From the NCBI GenBank assembly GCA_964016885.1, contig OZ024741.1, positions 309,752,001-309,816,000 of the forward strand: a stretch of DNA of 64,000 nt, written 5' to 3'. The first letter of the stretch is position 1, and each line of letters begins with the position of its first letter. The stretch is from Eledone cirrhosa (lineage: Eukaryota). The notes below the pieces were generated by a model, which had not been told where the DNA came from, made no database searches, and saw nothing but the letters and a program-made list of their open reading frames with translations. Both the position numbers and the translations under genes were made by a program. Shown piece by piece: positions 1 to 11,787 of the stretch.

Positions 1-900
1 GGACTGAGAGTGAACCTAGCTAAGACAAAAGTGTTGATGAGTAGAAATGAGGACAAAACCCTGATTCCGTCAGGGAAATGGCCATGTTCGATATGCAGAA
101 AAGGAACTGGCATAAATTCTATAAAATGCACACAATGCAGATCCTGGGTACACAAGAGATGTAGCGGGATAGCAGGCAAACTAACAGGTAGAGAGAAATA
201 TGTATGCAGTAGATGTACAGGGAAATTAGACAGTAGAAGTCGCATTGATAGACACATTTTTCAAATGCAGGAGGGCGCTATAGAAGTGGTGGATAGCTTC
301 CGGTACCTAGGAGATCAGATTAGCATGGGAGGAGGGTGTTCCGAGGCCATATTATCTAGAATAAGGACGGGTTGGAAGAAGTTTAGGGAGCTGCTTTCTC
401 TGTTGACGAAGAAGGGTTTCTCCCTGCGTACGAAAGGCCGGTTGTATGATGCCTGTGTGAGGAGCGCGATGCTGCATGGTAGTGAGACATGGGCAGCAAC
501 TGCAGAGGATATGCGACGGCTGGAGAGAAATGAGGCAAGCATGCTCCGTTGGATGTGCAGTGTAAATGTGCGTGAACGACCCAGCATAAATGTGTTGAGA
601 GAGAAACTGTCTGAGAGGGATAGAATGCAGTGTACGGGAGAGGAGACTGAGGTGGTATGGACATGTGATGCGCATGGAGGATGACCGATGGGTGAAGAAG
701 TGCCAGGAAATGCCAGTTGAAGGAAGATGTGGTAGAGGTAGACCACGAAAAACATGGGCAGAGGTGGTGAGAACAGACCTCAGATCATTGAAGCTCACGG
801 TGGAGATGACGAAGGACCGTGACGAGTGGAGAGATGCTGTGCTGAATAAGACCCGTCCCACCCTTACAAGCAGGGAAAAGCGGACGTAAAATGATGATGA

Positions 901-905
<5 letters not shown>
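1..905 (+). mobile_element. RTE-clade LINE 3' fragment (subfamily A), cut by the window edge; end of RT, PHD finger, C-terminus, (TGA)n tail
   Basis: GLRVNLAKTKV, WPCSICRKG..CTQC..WVHKRC..CSRC, VVDSFRYLG, LHGSETW. After a frameshift near 612 the frame ends ...GRPRKTW...DRDEWR...REKRT* and is followed directly by aatgatgatgat, then (TA)n. Confidence 0.93.
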
Positions 906-965
<60 letters not shown>

Positions 966-1231
966 ATATTAACAAATGGAAACTATATTTATAAAACCAT
1001 ATTTATTTTATTATACATATTTCAAGAGTCACCAAGGCAAATTATGGTACACTTTCATCAGATAAAATACAATACCGATTTGTTTTATAAATAAATATTG
1101 ACATGCCCTGAAAAGTCGAGTGCTTTATATCAGTTCTAAAAATGTTTAAGCTTGTTGAATCCCAACAAATTAAATATAACCTCTGCATATATAACACACA
1201 CACACATAATACACACACATATAATACACAC

Positions 1232-1340
1232 AAGTCCTATGCGAGCAAGACAATCACTCTTGCCTCAAGTGGGACTACCCCCGTCCAAACCCATGCAAGC
1301 GTGGAACACGGACGTTAAACGTTGATGATGATGATGATGA

Positions 1341-1345
<5 letters not shown>
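1232..1345 (+). mobile_element. 3' tail fragment of RTE subfamily C (short retroposon end)
   Basis: cctatgcgagcaagac...ccgtccaaacccatgcaagcgtggaacacggacgttaaacg(ttg)(atg)n; the same tail occurs on the - strand at 33020-33550, 44140-44580 and 48080-48300. Confidence 0.75.
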
Positions 1346-1386
<41 letters not shown>

Positions 1387-1679
1387 CACACACATACATA
1401 GTTTTTCCAAATTGAAGGATGAGTATTTAAGCTTTATTTTATTCTGAGTTAAGGTTTTTCCCTGGATTTCACAAAATTCTATGGATTAATCTGTGTCTTG
1501 ATTTTTTTTTAATTGAGTTTGAATTATTTTCCCATATAATACACACATATATATATAATACACACATATATATATATAATACACACATATATATATATAA
1601 TACACACATACATATATATAATACACACATATATATATAATACACACATATATATATAATACAAACATATATATATATA

Positions 1680-1852
1680 ATTGTTTCTATTTTTTTGGCA
1701 CAAGGCCAGCAATTATCCAGTACATTACTGGTACTTTATGTTATCGCCCCCCGTAAGGATGAAAGGCAAAGTTAACCTCGGCGGGATTTAAACTCAGAAT
1801 GGCAAGGGCCGGAACACTATACGTCAAAGCATGGTGTCTGACCCTCTACCGA
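1680..1852 (-). mobile_element. tRNA-derived SINE family 2 copy
   Basis: Reverse complement of the core ...gagttcaaatcccgccgaggttaactttgcctttcatccttac...gtaccagtaatgcactgg...ctggccttgtgcc..tagaaacaatt seen in many copies. Confidence 0.8.
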
Positions 1853-1926
1853 TATATATATATATATATATAATAAACACACACACATATATATATAATA
1901 CACACACACATATGTATATATATATT

Positions 1927-1962
<36 letters not shown>

Positions 1963-1990
1963 TACACACACACATATGTATATATATATT

Positions 1991-2024
<34 letters not shown>

Positions 2025-2052
2025 TACACACACACATATGTATATATATATT

Positions 2053-2088
<36 letters not shown>

Positions 2089-2089
2089 T

Positions 2090-2123
<34 letters not shown>

Positions 2124-2149
2124 TACACACACACATATATATATATATT

Positions 2150-2183
<34 letters not shown>

Positions 2184-2184
2184 T

Positions 2185-2216
<32 letters not shown>

Positions 2217-2217
2217 T

Positions 2218-2253
<36 letters not shown>

Positions 2254-2275
2254 TACACACACACACACATATATA
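1853..2275. repeat. Compound (TA)n-TT-(AC)n micro/minisatellite
   Basis: Repeated tatatattacacacacacatatata units; the same repeat resumes at 9337. Confidence 0.95.
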
Positions 2276-5200
2276 CGCTGTATTAGCGTTAAATTTTCCC
2301 TGCTGTATTAGCGATAAATTTTCGAGGGTTTCTCTTAGTAGCTTTTTCATGTCGTTAATATTATGATGTTCCCTGCTGTATTAGCGTTAAATTTTCCCTG
2401 CTGTATTAGCGATAAATTTTCGAGGGTTTCTCTTAGTAGCTTTTTTCATGACGTTATTATTGTTAATTTTACTGATGTAGTATTAACTTGGATATTTACC
2501 ATGCGACCCTCAGTTCCTACCCCCCCCCCCCCTCTATGCACTTCTTTAAGGCTTACTACCCTGTCTTTAACCTAATTCATTCAATCTGAAAATATTGAAG
2601 AGATAAGACACTTTGCCATTCTTCTCTGCTAAAATGTACCACTGAGCTGATTCAAATTTTCCCAGCCAGCCATCCACCTAATCTACGAAGGTATTTTAGC
2701 CTACATATTGTCGTTAATATTATGATGTTCCCTGCTGTATTAGCGTTAAATTTTCCCTGCTGTATTAGCGATAAATTTTCGAGGGTTTCTCTTAGTAGCT
2801 TTTTCATGTCGTTAATATTATGATGTTCCCTGCTGTATTAGCGTTAAATTTTCCCTGCTGTATTAGCGATAAATTTTCGAGGGTTTCTCTTAGTAGCTTT
2901 TTCATGTCGTTAATATTATGATGTTCCCTGCTGTATTAGCGTTAAATTTTCCCTGCTGTATTAGCGATAAATTTTCGAGGGTTTCTCTTAGTAGCTTTTT
3001 CATGTCGTTAATATTATGATGTTCCCTGCTGTATTAGCGTTAAATTTTCCCTGCTGTATTAGCGATAAATTTTCGAGGGTTTCTCTTAGTAGCTTTTTTC
3101 ATGACGTTATTATTGTTAATCTTACTGATGTAGTATTAACTTATTAACTTGGATATTTACCATGCGGTATTCTAATCCTATTGTATCTCTCTCAGTTATT
3201 TACCATGCGACCCTCAGTTCCTACCCCCCCCCCCCCCTCTATGCACTTCTTTAAGGCTTACTACCCTGTCTTTAACCTAATTCATTCAATCTGAAAATAT
3301 TGAAGAGATAAGACACTTTGCCATTCTTCTCTGCTAAAATGTACCACTGAGCTGATTCAAATTTTCCCAGCCAGCCATCCACCTAATCTACGAAGGTATT
3401 TTAGCCTACATATTGTCGTTAATATTATGATGTTCCCTGCTGTATTAGCGTTAAATTTTCCCTGCTGTATTAGCGATAAATTTTCGAGGGTTTCTCTTAG
3501 TAGCTTTTTCATGTCGTTAATATTATGATGTTCCCTGCTGTATTAGCGTTAAATTTTCCCTGCTGTATTAGCGATAAATTTTCGAGGGTTTCTCTTAGTA
3601 GCTTTTTCATGTCGTTAATATTATGATGTTCCCTGCTGTATTAGCGTTAAATTTTCCCTGCTGTATTAGCGATAAATTTTCGAGGGTTTCTCTTAGTAGC
3701 TTTTTCATGTCGTTAATATTATGATGTTCCCTGCTGTATTAGCGTTAAATTTTCCCTGCTGTATTAGCGATAAATTTTCGAGGGTTTCTCTTAGTAGCTT
3801 TTTCATGTCGTTAATATTATGATGTTCCCTGCTGTATTAGCGTTAAATTTTCCCTGCTGTATTAGCGATAAATTTTCGAGGGTTTCTCTTAGTAGCTTTT
3901 TCATGTCGTTAATATTATGATGTTCCCTGCTGTATTAGCGTTAAATTTTCCCTGCTGTATTAGCGATAAATTTTCGAGGGTTTCTCTTAGTAGCTTTTTT
4001 CATGACGTTATTATTGTTAATTTTACTGATGTAGTATTAACTTGGATATTTACCATGCGACCCTCAGTTCCTACCCCCCCCCCCTCTATGCACTTCTTTA
4101 AGGCTTACTACCCTGTCTTTAACCTAATTCATTCAATCTGAAAATATTGAAGAGATAAGACACTTTGCCATTCTTCTCTGCTAAAATGTACCACTGAGCT
4201 GATTCAAATTTTCCCAGCCAGCCATCCACCTAATCTACGAAGGTATTTTAGCCTACATATTGTCGTTAATATTATGATGTTCCCTGCTGTATTAGCGTTA
4301 AATTTTCCCTGCTGTATTAGCGATAAATTTTCGAGGGTTTCTCTTAGTAGCTTTTTCATGTCGTTAATATTATGATGTTCCCTGCTGTATTAGCGTTAAA
4401 TTTTCCCTGCTGTATTAGCGATAAATTTTCGAGGGTTTCTCTTAGTAGCTTTTTCATGTCGTTAATATTATGATGTTCCCTGCTGTATTAGCGTTAAATT
4501 TTCCCTGCTGTATTAGCGATAAATTTTCGAGGGTTTCTCTTAGTAGCTTTTTCATGTCGTTAATATTATGATGTTCCCTGCTGTATTAGCGTTAAATTTT
4601 CCCTGCTGTATTAGCGATAAATTTTCGAGGGTTTCTCTTAGTAGCTTTTTCATGTCGTTAATATTATGATGTTCCCTGCTGTATTAGCGTTAAATTTTCC
4701 CTGCTGTATTAGCGATAAATTTTCGAGGGTTTCTCTTAGTAGCTTTTTTCATGACGTTATTATTGTTAATTTTACTGATGTAGTATTAACTTGGATATTT
4801 ACCATGCGACCCTCAGTTCCTACCCCCCCCCCCTCTATGCACTTCTTTAAGGCTTACTACCCTGTCTTTAACCTAATTCATTCAATCTGAAAATATTGAA
4901 GAGATAAGACACTTTGCCATTCTTCTCTGCTAAAATGTACCACTGAGCTGATTCAAATTTTCCCAGCCAGCCATCCACCTAATCTACGAAGGTATTTTAG
5001 CCTACATATTGTCGTTAATATTATGATGTTCCCTGCTGTATTAGCGTTAAATTTTCCCTGCTGTATTAGCGATAAATTTTCGAGGGTTTCTCTTAGTAGC
5101 TTTTTCATGTCGTTAATATTATGATGTTCCCTGTTGTATTAGCGTTAAATTTTCCCTGCTGTATTAGCGATAAATTTTCGAGGGTTTCTCTTAGTAGCTT

Positions 5201-5670
5201 TTTCATGTCGTTAATATTATGATGTTCCCTGCTGTATTAGCGTTAAATTTTCCCTGCTGTATTAGCGATAAATTTTCGAGGGTTTCTCTTAGTAGCTTTT
5301 TCATGTCGTTAATATTATGATGTTCCCTGCTGTATTAGCGTTAAATTTTCCCTGCTGTATTAGCGATAAATTTTCGAGGGTTTCTCTTAGTAGCTTTTTC
5401 ATGTCGTTAATATTATGATGTTCCCTGCTGTATTAGCGTTAAATTTTCCCTGCTGTATTAGCGATAAATTTTCGAGGGTTTCTCTTAGTAGCTTTTTCAT
5501 GTCGTTAATATTATGATGTTCCCTGCTGTATTAGCGTTAAATTTTCCCTGCTGTATTAGCGATAAATTTTCGAGGGTTTCTCTTAGTAGCTTTTTTCATG
5601 ACGTTATTATTGTTAATTTTACTGATGTAGTATTAACTTGGATATTTACCATGCGACCCTCAGTTCCTAC
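2276..5670. repeat. Higher-order tandem array: runs of a 98-bp monomer separated by a ~260-bp spacer unit
   Basis: Monomer tgtcgttaatattatgatgttccctgctgtattagcg...agtagctttttca starts at 2709, 2807, 2905 (98-bp period). Runs of ~1.7, 4, 6, 5 and 6 monomers are separated by spacers at ~2445-2708, 3100-3413, 4000-4260 and 4750-5009, with a partial spacer at 5597-5670. Confidence 0.95.
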
Positions 5671-8600
5671 CTCACAATTTCCCTCCCCCCCACCCCCACA
5701 CACCACCATAGTCTATTCGACCAATCAAACCTAGCATGCCATTTCCACTGCTGCTGCTGCTGCTACTACCTGCCTAACTAACTCTCTCCTCCTCTGGCGC
5801 ATCCCAACACACCCTGCCATTACCCCACCACCACTGTCCTTCTAGCCCTCAATTTTCCCACCGTTAGGGATGGATGAGCTGGGAATACACGAGCAACTCT
5901 GAATCAATAGATGAAATATGAATCTGCGAGCTACCAAGCACCCACGTGAAGCGCCAACCCAGAGACCCTCCCCTACGAGTGTCGACAAATGCCCAAAACT
6001 CCGAGTTGGTACCATCAATGTAGGCTCAATGAAAGGAAGAGCAGGAGAAATCGTAGAAATGCTAGAGCGAAAGGAAGTTGATGTATGCTGTGTGCAAGAG
6101 ACTAGATGGAGAGGAGGGTCTGCTAGAGTCCTTGTAGGAAAAAGCCAGTGCTACAAATTTTTCTGGGTGGGAAATGACGATGGGATGGGTGGTGTAGGTA
6201 TACTATTAGCTGACAAGTGGGTAGATAAAGTAATCTCAGTGTACAGGGTAAATGCAAGAATCATTAAACTCAGACTAGTCCTGAATAAGACAATTACCAC
6301 AATAATATCAGCTTACGCACCCCAATCGGGGCTGCCAGACGAACTTAAGGATAGGTTTTACGAGTCCCTAATACACACTACTGCTCTAACAGACGACAAG
6401 GACTTCCTAATCATTGCAGGAGATTTTAACGGACACGTAGGTAAACACTGCGACGGCTTCAATAGAGTACATGGAGGCCATGGAGTTGGCACAAGGAATG
6501 AGGAAGGATTCAGACTTCTAGAATTCTGCGACGCCAATGACATGTCGATATGTAACACAAACTTTAAAAAACCCGACAACCACCTGATCACCTATAGATC
6601 AGGGGAGCACTCTAGTCAGTTAGATTTTATCCTCATCAGAGGACGTGACAGATGGACGGTCGTAAACACAAAAGCCTTCCCTAGTGAGGAATGTACATCC
6701 CAACATAGCTTAGTTGTCAGCGACCTTACGGTCAGAACTAGACGAGCCCTGAAACAGAGGCCAACCTGGAGAAGAAAGATCTGGAAGCTGAAAGTCCCCT
6801 CAACCAGTAACAGATTTAAAGATATTTTACTCAACGCCTACGACAGTAAAGAAGAACAGATAGAGACATTTAACGTAGAAGAGAACTGGGAGTTCCTAAA
6901 AAATAACTTACTAGAGGCGACGGATGAGGTTTGTGGCTGGAGTAAGACCTCAAGCAGGAGGAGAGTGACTTGGTGGTGGAACAATAAGGTAGATGAAGCA
7001 GTCAAGGCCAAGAGACAGGCATGGAAAGAATGGAAGAACGGGGGGAGCAGGGTACATTACATAGAGACCAAGAGGGAAGCTAGGCGACAAGTATACTTAG
7101 CTAGGAGGGAAGCAGAGGATAGAAAATTCAAGCATGTTTTACAACGTGAGGACCAGAAACAGGAGGTATTCAAGATTGCGAGGCAGTGTGTCAGAGATAG
7201 TTGTGATGTCATTGGAGAGAAGTGTATCCGGAATGATAAAGGTGAGCTTGCCCTCACAAGTGCTGAGAAGAAAGATGCATGGAAGAGTCATTATGATAGA
7301 TTACTAAATGAGGAGAATGCATGGGAAGAAGAGACCCTACCCCACGTAGACCCTATAGAGGGACCAGCAGTACAAGTCAGCGGCAGCGTAGTAAGTAAGG
7401 CAATCAGAGATATGAAGATAGGGAAGGCAACCGGTCCATCGGGTATAGCTGCCGAGATGCTGAAGGCATCTGGGTCTGTAGGTCACACTATAACCACACG
7501 TATCGTTAACCAGGTAATACTAGAGGGGGCCATACCAAAAGATTGGTGCAGTAGCATCATTGTCAACTGCTACAAAGGTAAAGGCGATGCACTAGATAGA
7601 GGAAACTATAGAGGTATAAAGTTGATGGACCAGGTCATGAAAGTAACAGAAAGAGTTATAGCACAGCTGATTAGGGACCGGGTGAATATAGACGAGATGC
7701 AATTTGGGTTTGTTCCAGGGAAAGGCACCACTGATGCGCTCTTCCTTGTGAGGCAATTACAGGAAAAGTACCTAGCTAAAAGTAAGCCACTCTACTTGGC
7801 ATTTGTCGACCTTGAGAAAGCCTTTGACAGAGTTCCACGTGCAGTAATCTGGTGGGCTCTTAGAAAACTAGGAGTAGATGAATGGCTTGTGAAAGCGGTA
7901 CAAGCCATGTATAGGGGAGCAGTCAGCAAAGTTAGGATTGGCAATGAGTATAGCGAGGAATTTAGCGTACAGGTTGGGGTCCACCAGGGCTCTGTTCTTA
8001 GCCCTCTCCTGTTCATCATAGTCCTGCAGGCAATAACGGAGGAGTTTAAGACCGGATGCCCATGGGAACTCCTGTATGCTGATGACCTCGCACTCATAGC
8101 TGAATCTATGGTAGAACTAGAGAATAAATTCCAAACCTGGAAGCAGGGACTAGAGAGAAAGGGCCTCAAAGTCAACATGACAAAGACTAAGGTCCTTATA
8201 AGTAGACGAGAAAACAGAACCCAGATCCCCTCAGGGAAATGGCCTGCTCAGTATGTAGGAAAGGTGTAGGTAGGAACTCCATTCTTTGCCCCAAATGCAA
8301 ACAATGGGTACACAAGAGATGTAGCGGGATCTCAGGAAGCTTAATTAAGAATGTAGGATTCACATGCAGCAGCTGTGCTGAAACAGCAAGCAAACAGCCA
8401 CAGGAAACAAGTACCACCAATCTCTGGGAGGGCCCTGTAGAAACAGTAGACAGCTTCTGCTACCTAGGTGACCGAATTAGCAACGGAGGTGGGTGCTCAG
8501 AAAGTACAATAACTAGGGTAAGAACGGGATGGAAGAAGTTTAGGGAACTACTACCACTGCTAGCTGCAAAAGGCTTCTCCCTCAGAATGAAAGGCAGACT

Positions 8601-9336
8601 GTATGATGCGTGTATCCGAACAGCGATGTTGCATGGTAGTGAGACCTGGGCGCTGAAGGTGGAAGACTTACGTAGATTAGAGAGAAACGAAGCCTGCATG
8701 CTCCGATGGATGTGTAACAGTAATATACGTGAACGACAAAGCATAAATGAATTGAGAGAGAGACTGAGCATAAGAGGAATCAAATGCTGCGTGCAGGAGA
8801 GGCGGTTACGCTGGTATGGACATGTGATGCGTATGAAGGATGACAGCTGCATAAAAAGGTGCAGAGCACTAGAAGTTGATGGAAACCGCGGAGTGGGGAG
8901 ACCCAAGATGACTTGGGATGAGGTGATAAAAGCCGACCTTACCCAACTACACCTCTCAAAGTCAATGACACACGACCGTGACTTCTGGCGTCACGCAGTA
9001 ATACAGGGTACCCGACCTCCCATGGGTACATGCTGAAGCATATAAACAATATGCCCCCCCCCCCCACCGCAAGGTGGTCGTGGAGGTGCCACGGCAAAAA
9101 AGCACCCAGCCCACACTGTAAAGTGGACGTGTAGGCGCCACGAAAAAGCACCCAGCACTCACTGTAAATGAGGTTGGTGTTAGGAAGGGCATCCAGCTGT
9201 AGAAATCAAGCCAGATCAGTTCCTGTATGAGCAAGGCATGGTCAGCCGACCAGACACTGCCCACAACAGGACAACCCGTCTAACCCATGCTAGCGTGGAA
9301 GAACGGACGTAAAACGGTGATGATGATGATGATGAT
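5671..9336 (+). mobile_element. Near full-length RTE-clade non-LTR retrotransposon (subfamily B)
   Basis: 5' UTR, single APE-RT ORF, ~300-bp 3' UTR ending ...ggacgtaaaacggtgatgatgatgat, followed by the TA/CA microsatellite. Confidence 0.96.
5918..9036 (+). CDS. RTE ORF: AP endonuclease + reverse transcriptase + PHD finger (~1039 aa after correcting one 1-nt deletion at 8244/8245)
   Basis: APE motifs TINVGSM, CVQETRW, SAYAPQ, GDFNGHVG, LDFIL, SQH. RT motifs NYRGIKL, QFGF, FVDLEKAFDRV, GVHQGSVLSPLLF, LLYADDL. ORFs 5918-8269 and 8239-9036 join if an A is restored in tggcc^tgctc (paralogous copies read tggccatg). Confidence 0.93.
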
Positions 9337-9420
9337 ATATTACACACACACACATATATATATATATTACACACACACACATATATATATATATATTACA
9401 CACACACACATATATATATT

Positions 9421-9505
<85 letters not shown>

Positions 9506-9876
9506 TACACACACATATATGTATATATATATTACAGACACACACACATATATATATATATTACACACATATATATATATATGTTACACACACATATATA
9601 TATATTACACACACATATATATATATTACACACACATATATATATATTACACACACATATATATATATTACACACACATATATATATATTACACACACAT
9701 ATATATATATTACACACACATATATATATATTACACACACATATATATATATTACACACACATATATATATATTACACACACATATATATATATTACACA
9801 CACATATATATATATATATATTACACACACATATATATATATATATATATTACACACACACACACATATATATATA
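9337..9876. repeat. (TA)n-TT-(AC)n compound microsatellite
   Basis: Same unit as 1853-2275; includes a regular 21-bp period. Confidence 0.95.
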
Positions 9877-10590
9877 GCAGGCGAGTTTATGCCTACTCCT
9901 TCCTACACACTGAGCATGGCCATTTCCCAGATGGGACCTGTGCCCTATTTTTCTTCCTACAAACTAGAACTTTAGTCTTAGACAAGTTAACTTTAAGGCC
10001 TTTTGATTCTAAGCCATGCTTCCATGTTTGGAATTTCTTCTCCAGTTCGGCCATTGATTCAGCTATGAGCGTTAGATCATCTGCATATAGGAGTTCCCAT
10101 GGGCAGCCGGTCTTGAACTCCTCTGTTATAGCCTGAAGGACAATAATAAATAGTAGGGGGCTAAGGACGGAGCCCTGATGAACACCAACTTTTACGCTAA
10201 ACTCTTCACTATATTCGTTGTTAATTCTAAACTTGCTGACTGTTTCTTTATACATGGCTTGTATAGCTCTCACAAGCCATTCATCAACACCTAGTTTTCT
10301 AAGAGCCCACCAGATAATGGAACAATGGACTCTGTCGAAGGCTTTCTCCAAGTCAACAAAAGCTAAGTATAGGGGTTTACTTTCAGCTAGGTACTTCTCC
10401 TGTAGTTGTTGTACAATGTTGTACTTTTACCTGACATAAACCCGAACTGCATTTCGTCTAGATCAATTCGCTCTCTAATTAGTTGCGCTATTACTTTTTC
10501 TGTGACCTTCATGACCTGGTCGATTAATTTAATGCCTCTATAGTTTCCCCTATCTAGGGCATCACCTTTACCCTTGTAGCAGTTAATGAT
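9877..10590 (-). mobile_element. Internal RTE RT fragment, inverted relative to the full-length copy
   Basis: IINCYKGKGDALDRGNYRGIKL...QFGF; EKAFDRV...GVHQGSVLSPLLF...LLYADDL...GKWPCSVCRK; small deletion near 10420; both ends abut (TA)n. Confidence 0.93.
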
Positions 10591-11587
<997 letters not shown>

Positions 11588-11787
11588 NNNNNNNNNNNNN
11601 NNNNNNNNNNNNNNNNNNNNNNNNNNNNNNNNNNNNNNNNNNNNNNNNNNNNNNNNNNNNNNNNNNNNNNNNNNNNNNNNNNNNNNNNNNNNNNNNNNNN
11701 NNNNNNNNNNNNNNNNNNNNNNNNNNNNNNNNNNNNNNNNNNNNNNNNNNNNNNNNNNNNNNNNNNNNNNNNNNNNNNNNNNNNNNN
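11588..11787. other. Assembly gap (200 N)
   Basis: Run of N. Confidence 1.

Noticed and set aside
315-861. Antisense ORFs over RTE sequence (also 6358-8906, 50699-51240)
   Set aside because: Shadow frames of LINE coding sequence with no independent motifs.
1486-2311. Long Y/I/H/T/C/V-rich ORFs here and at 9287-11858, 22752-22966, 25143-25604
   Set aside because: Translations of (TA)n/(CA)n microsatellites and N runs; not coding.
2276-5670. Repeat-spacer pattern resembling a CRISPR array; repeated 70-74-aa ORFs (MMFPAVLAL...)
   Set aside because: The spacers are near-identical to each other, the monomers are 98 bp and directly tandem, there are no cas genes and the context is eukaryotic; the ORFs are by-products of the repeat.
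8239-8269. Programmed ribosomal frameshift between the RT and PHD ORFs
   Set aside because: No slippery heptamer, and other copies in the window have the extra A and a continuous frame.
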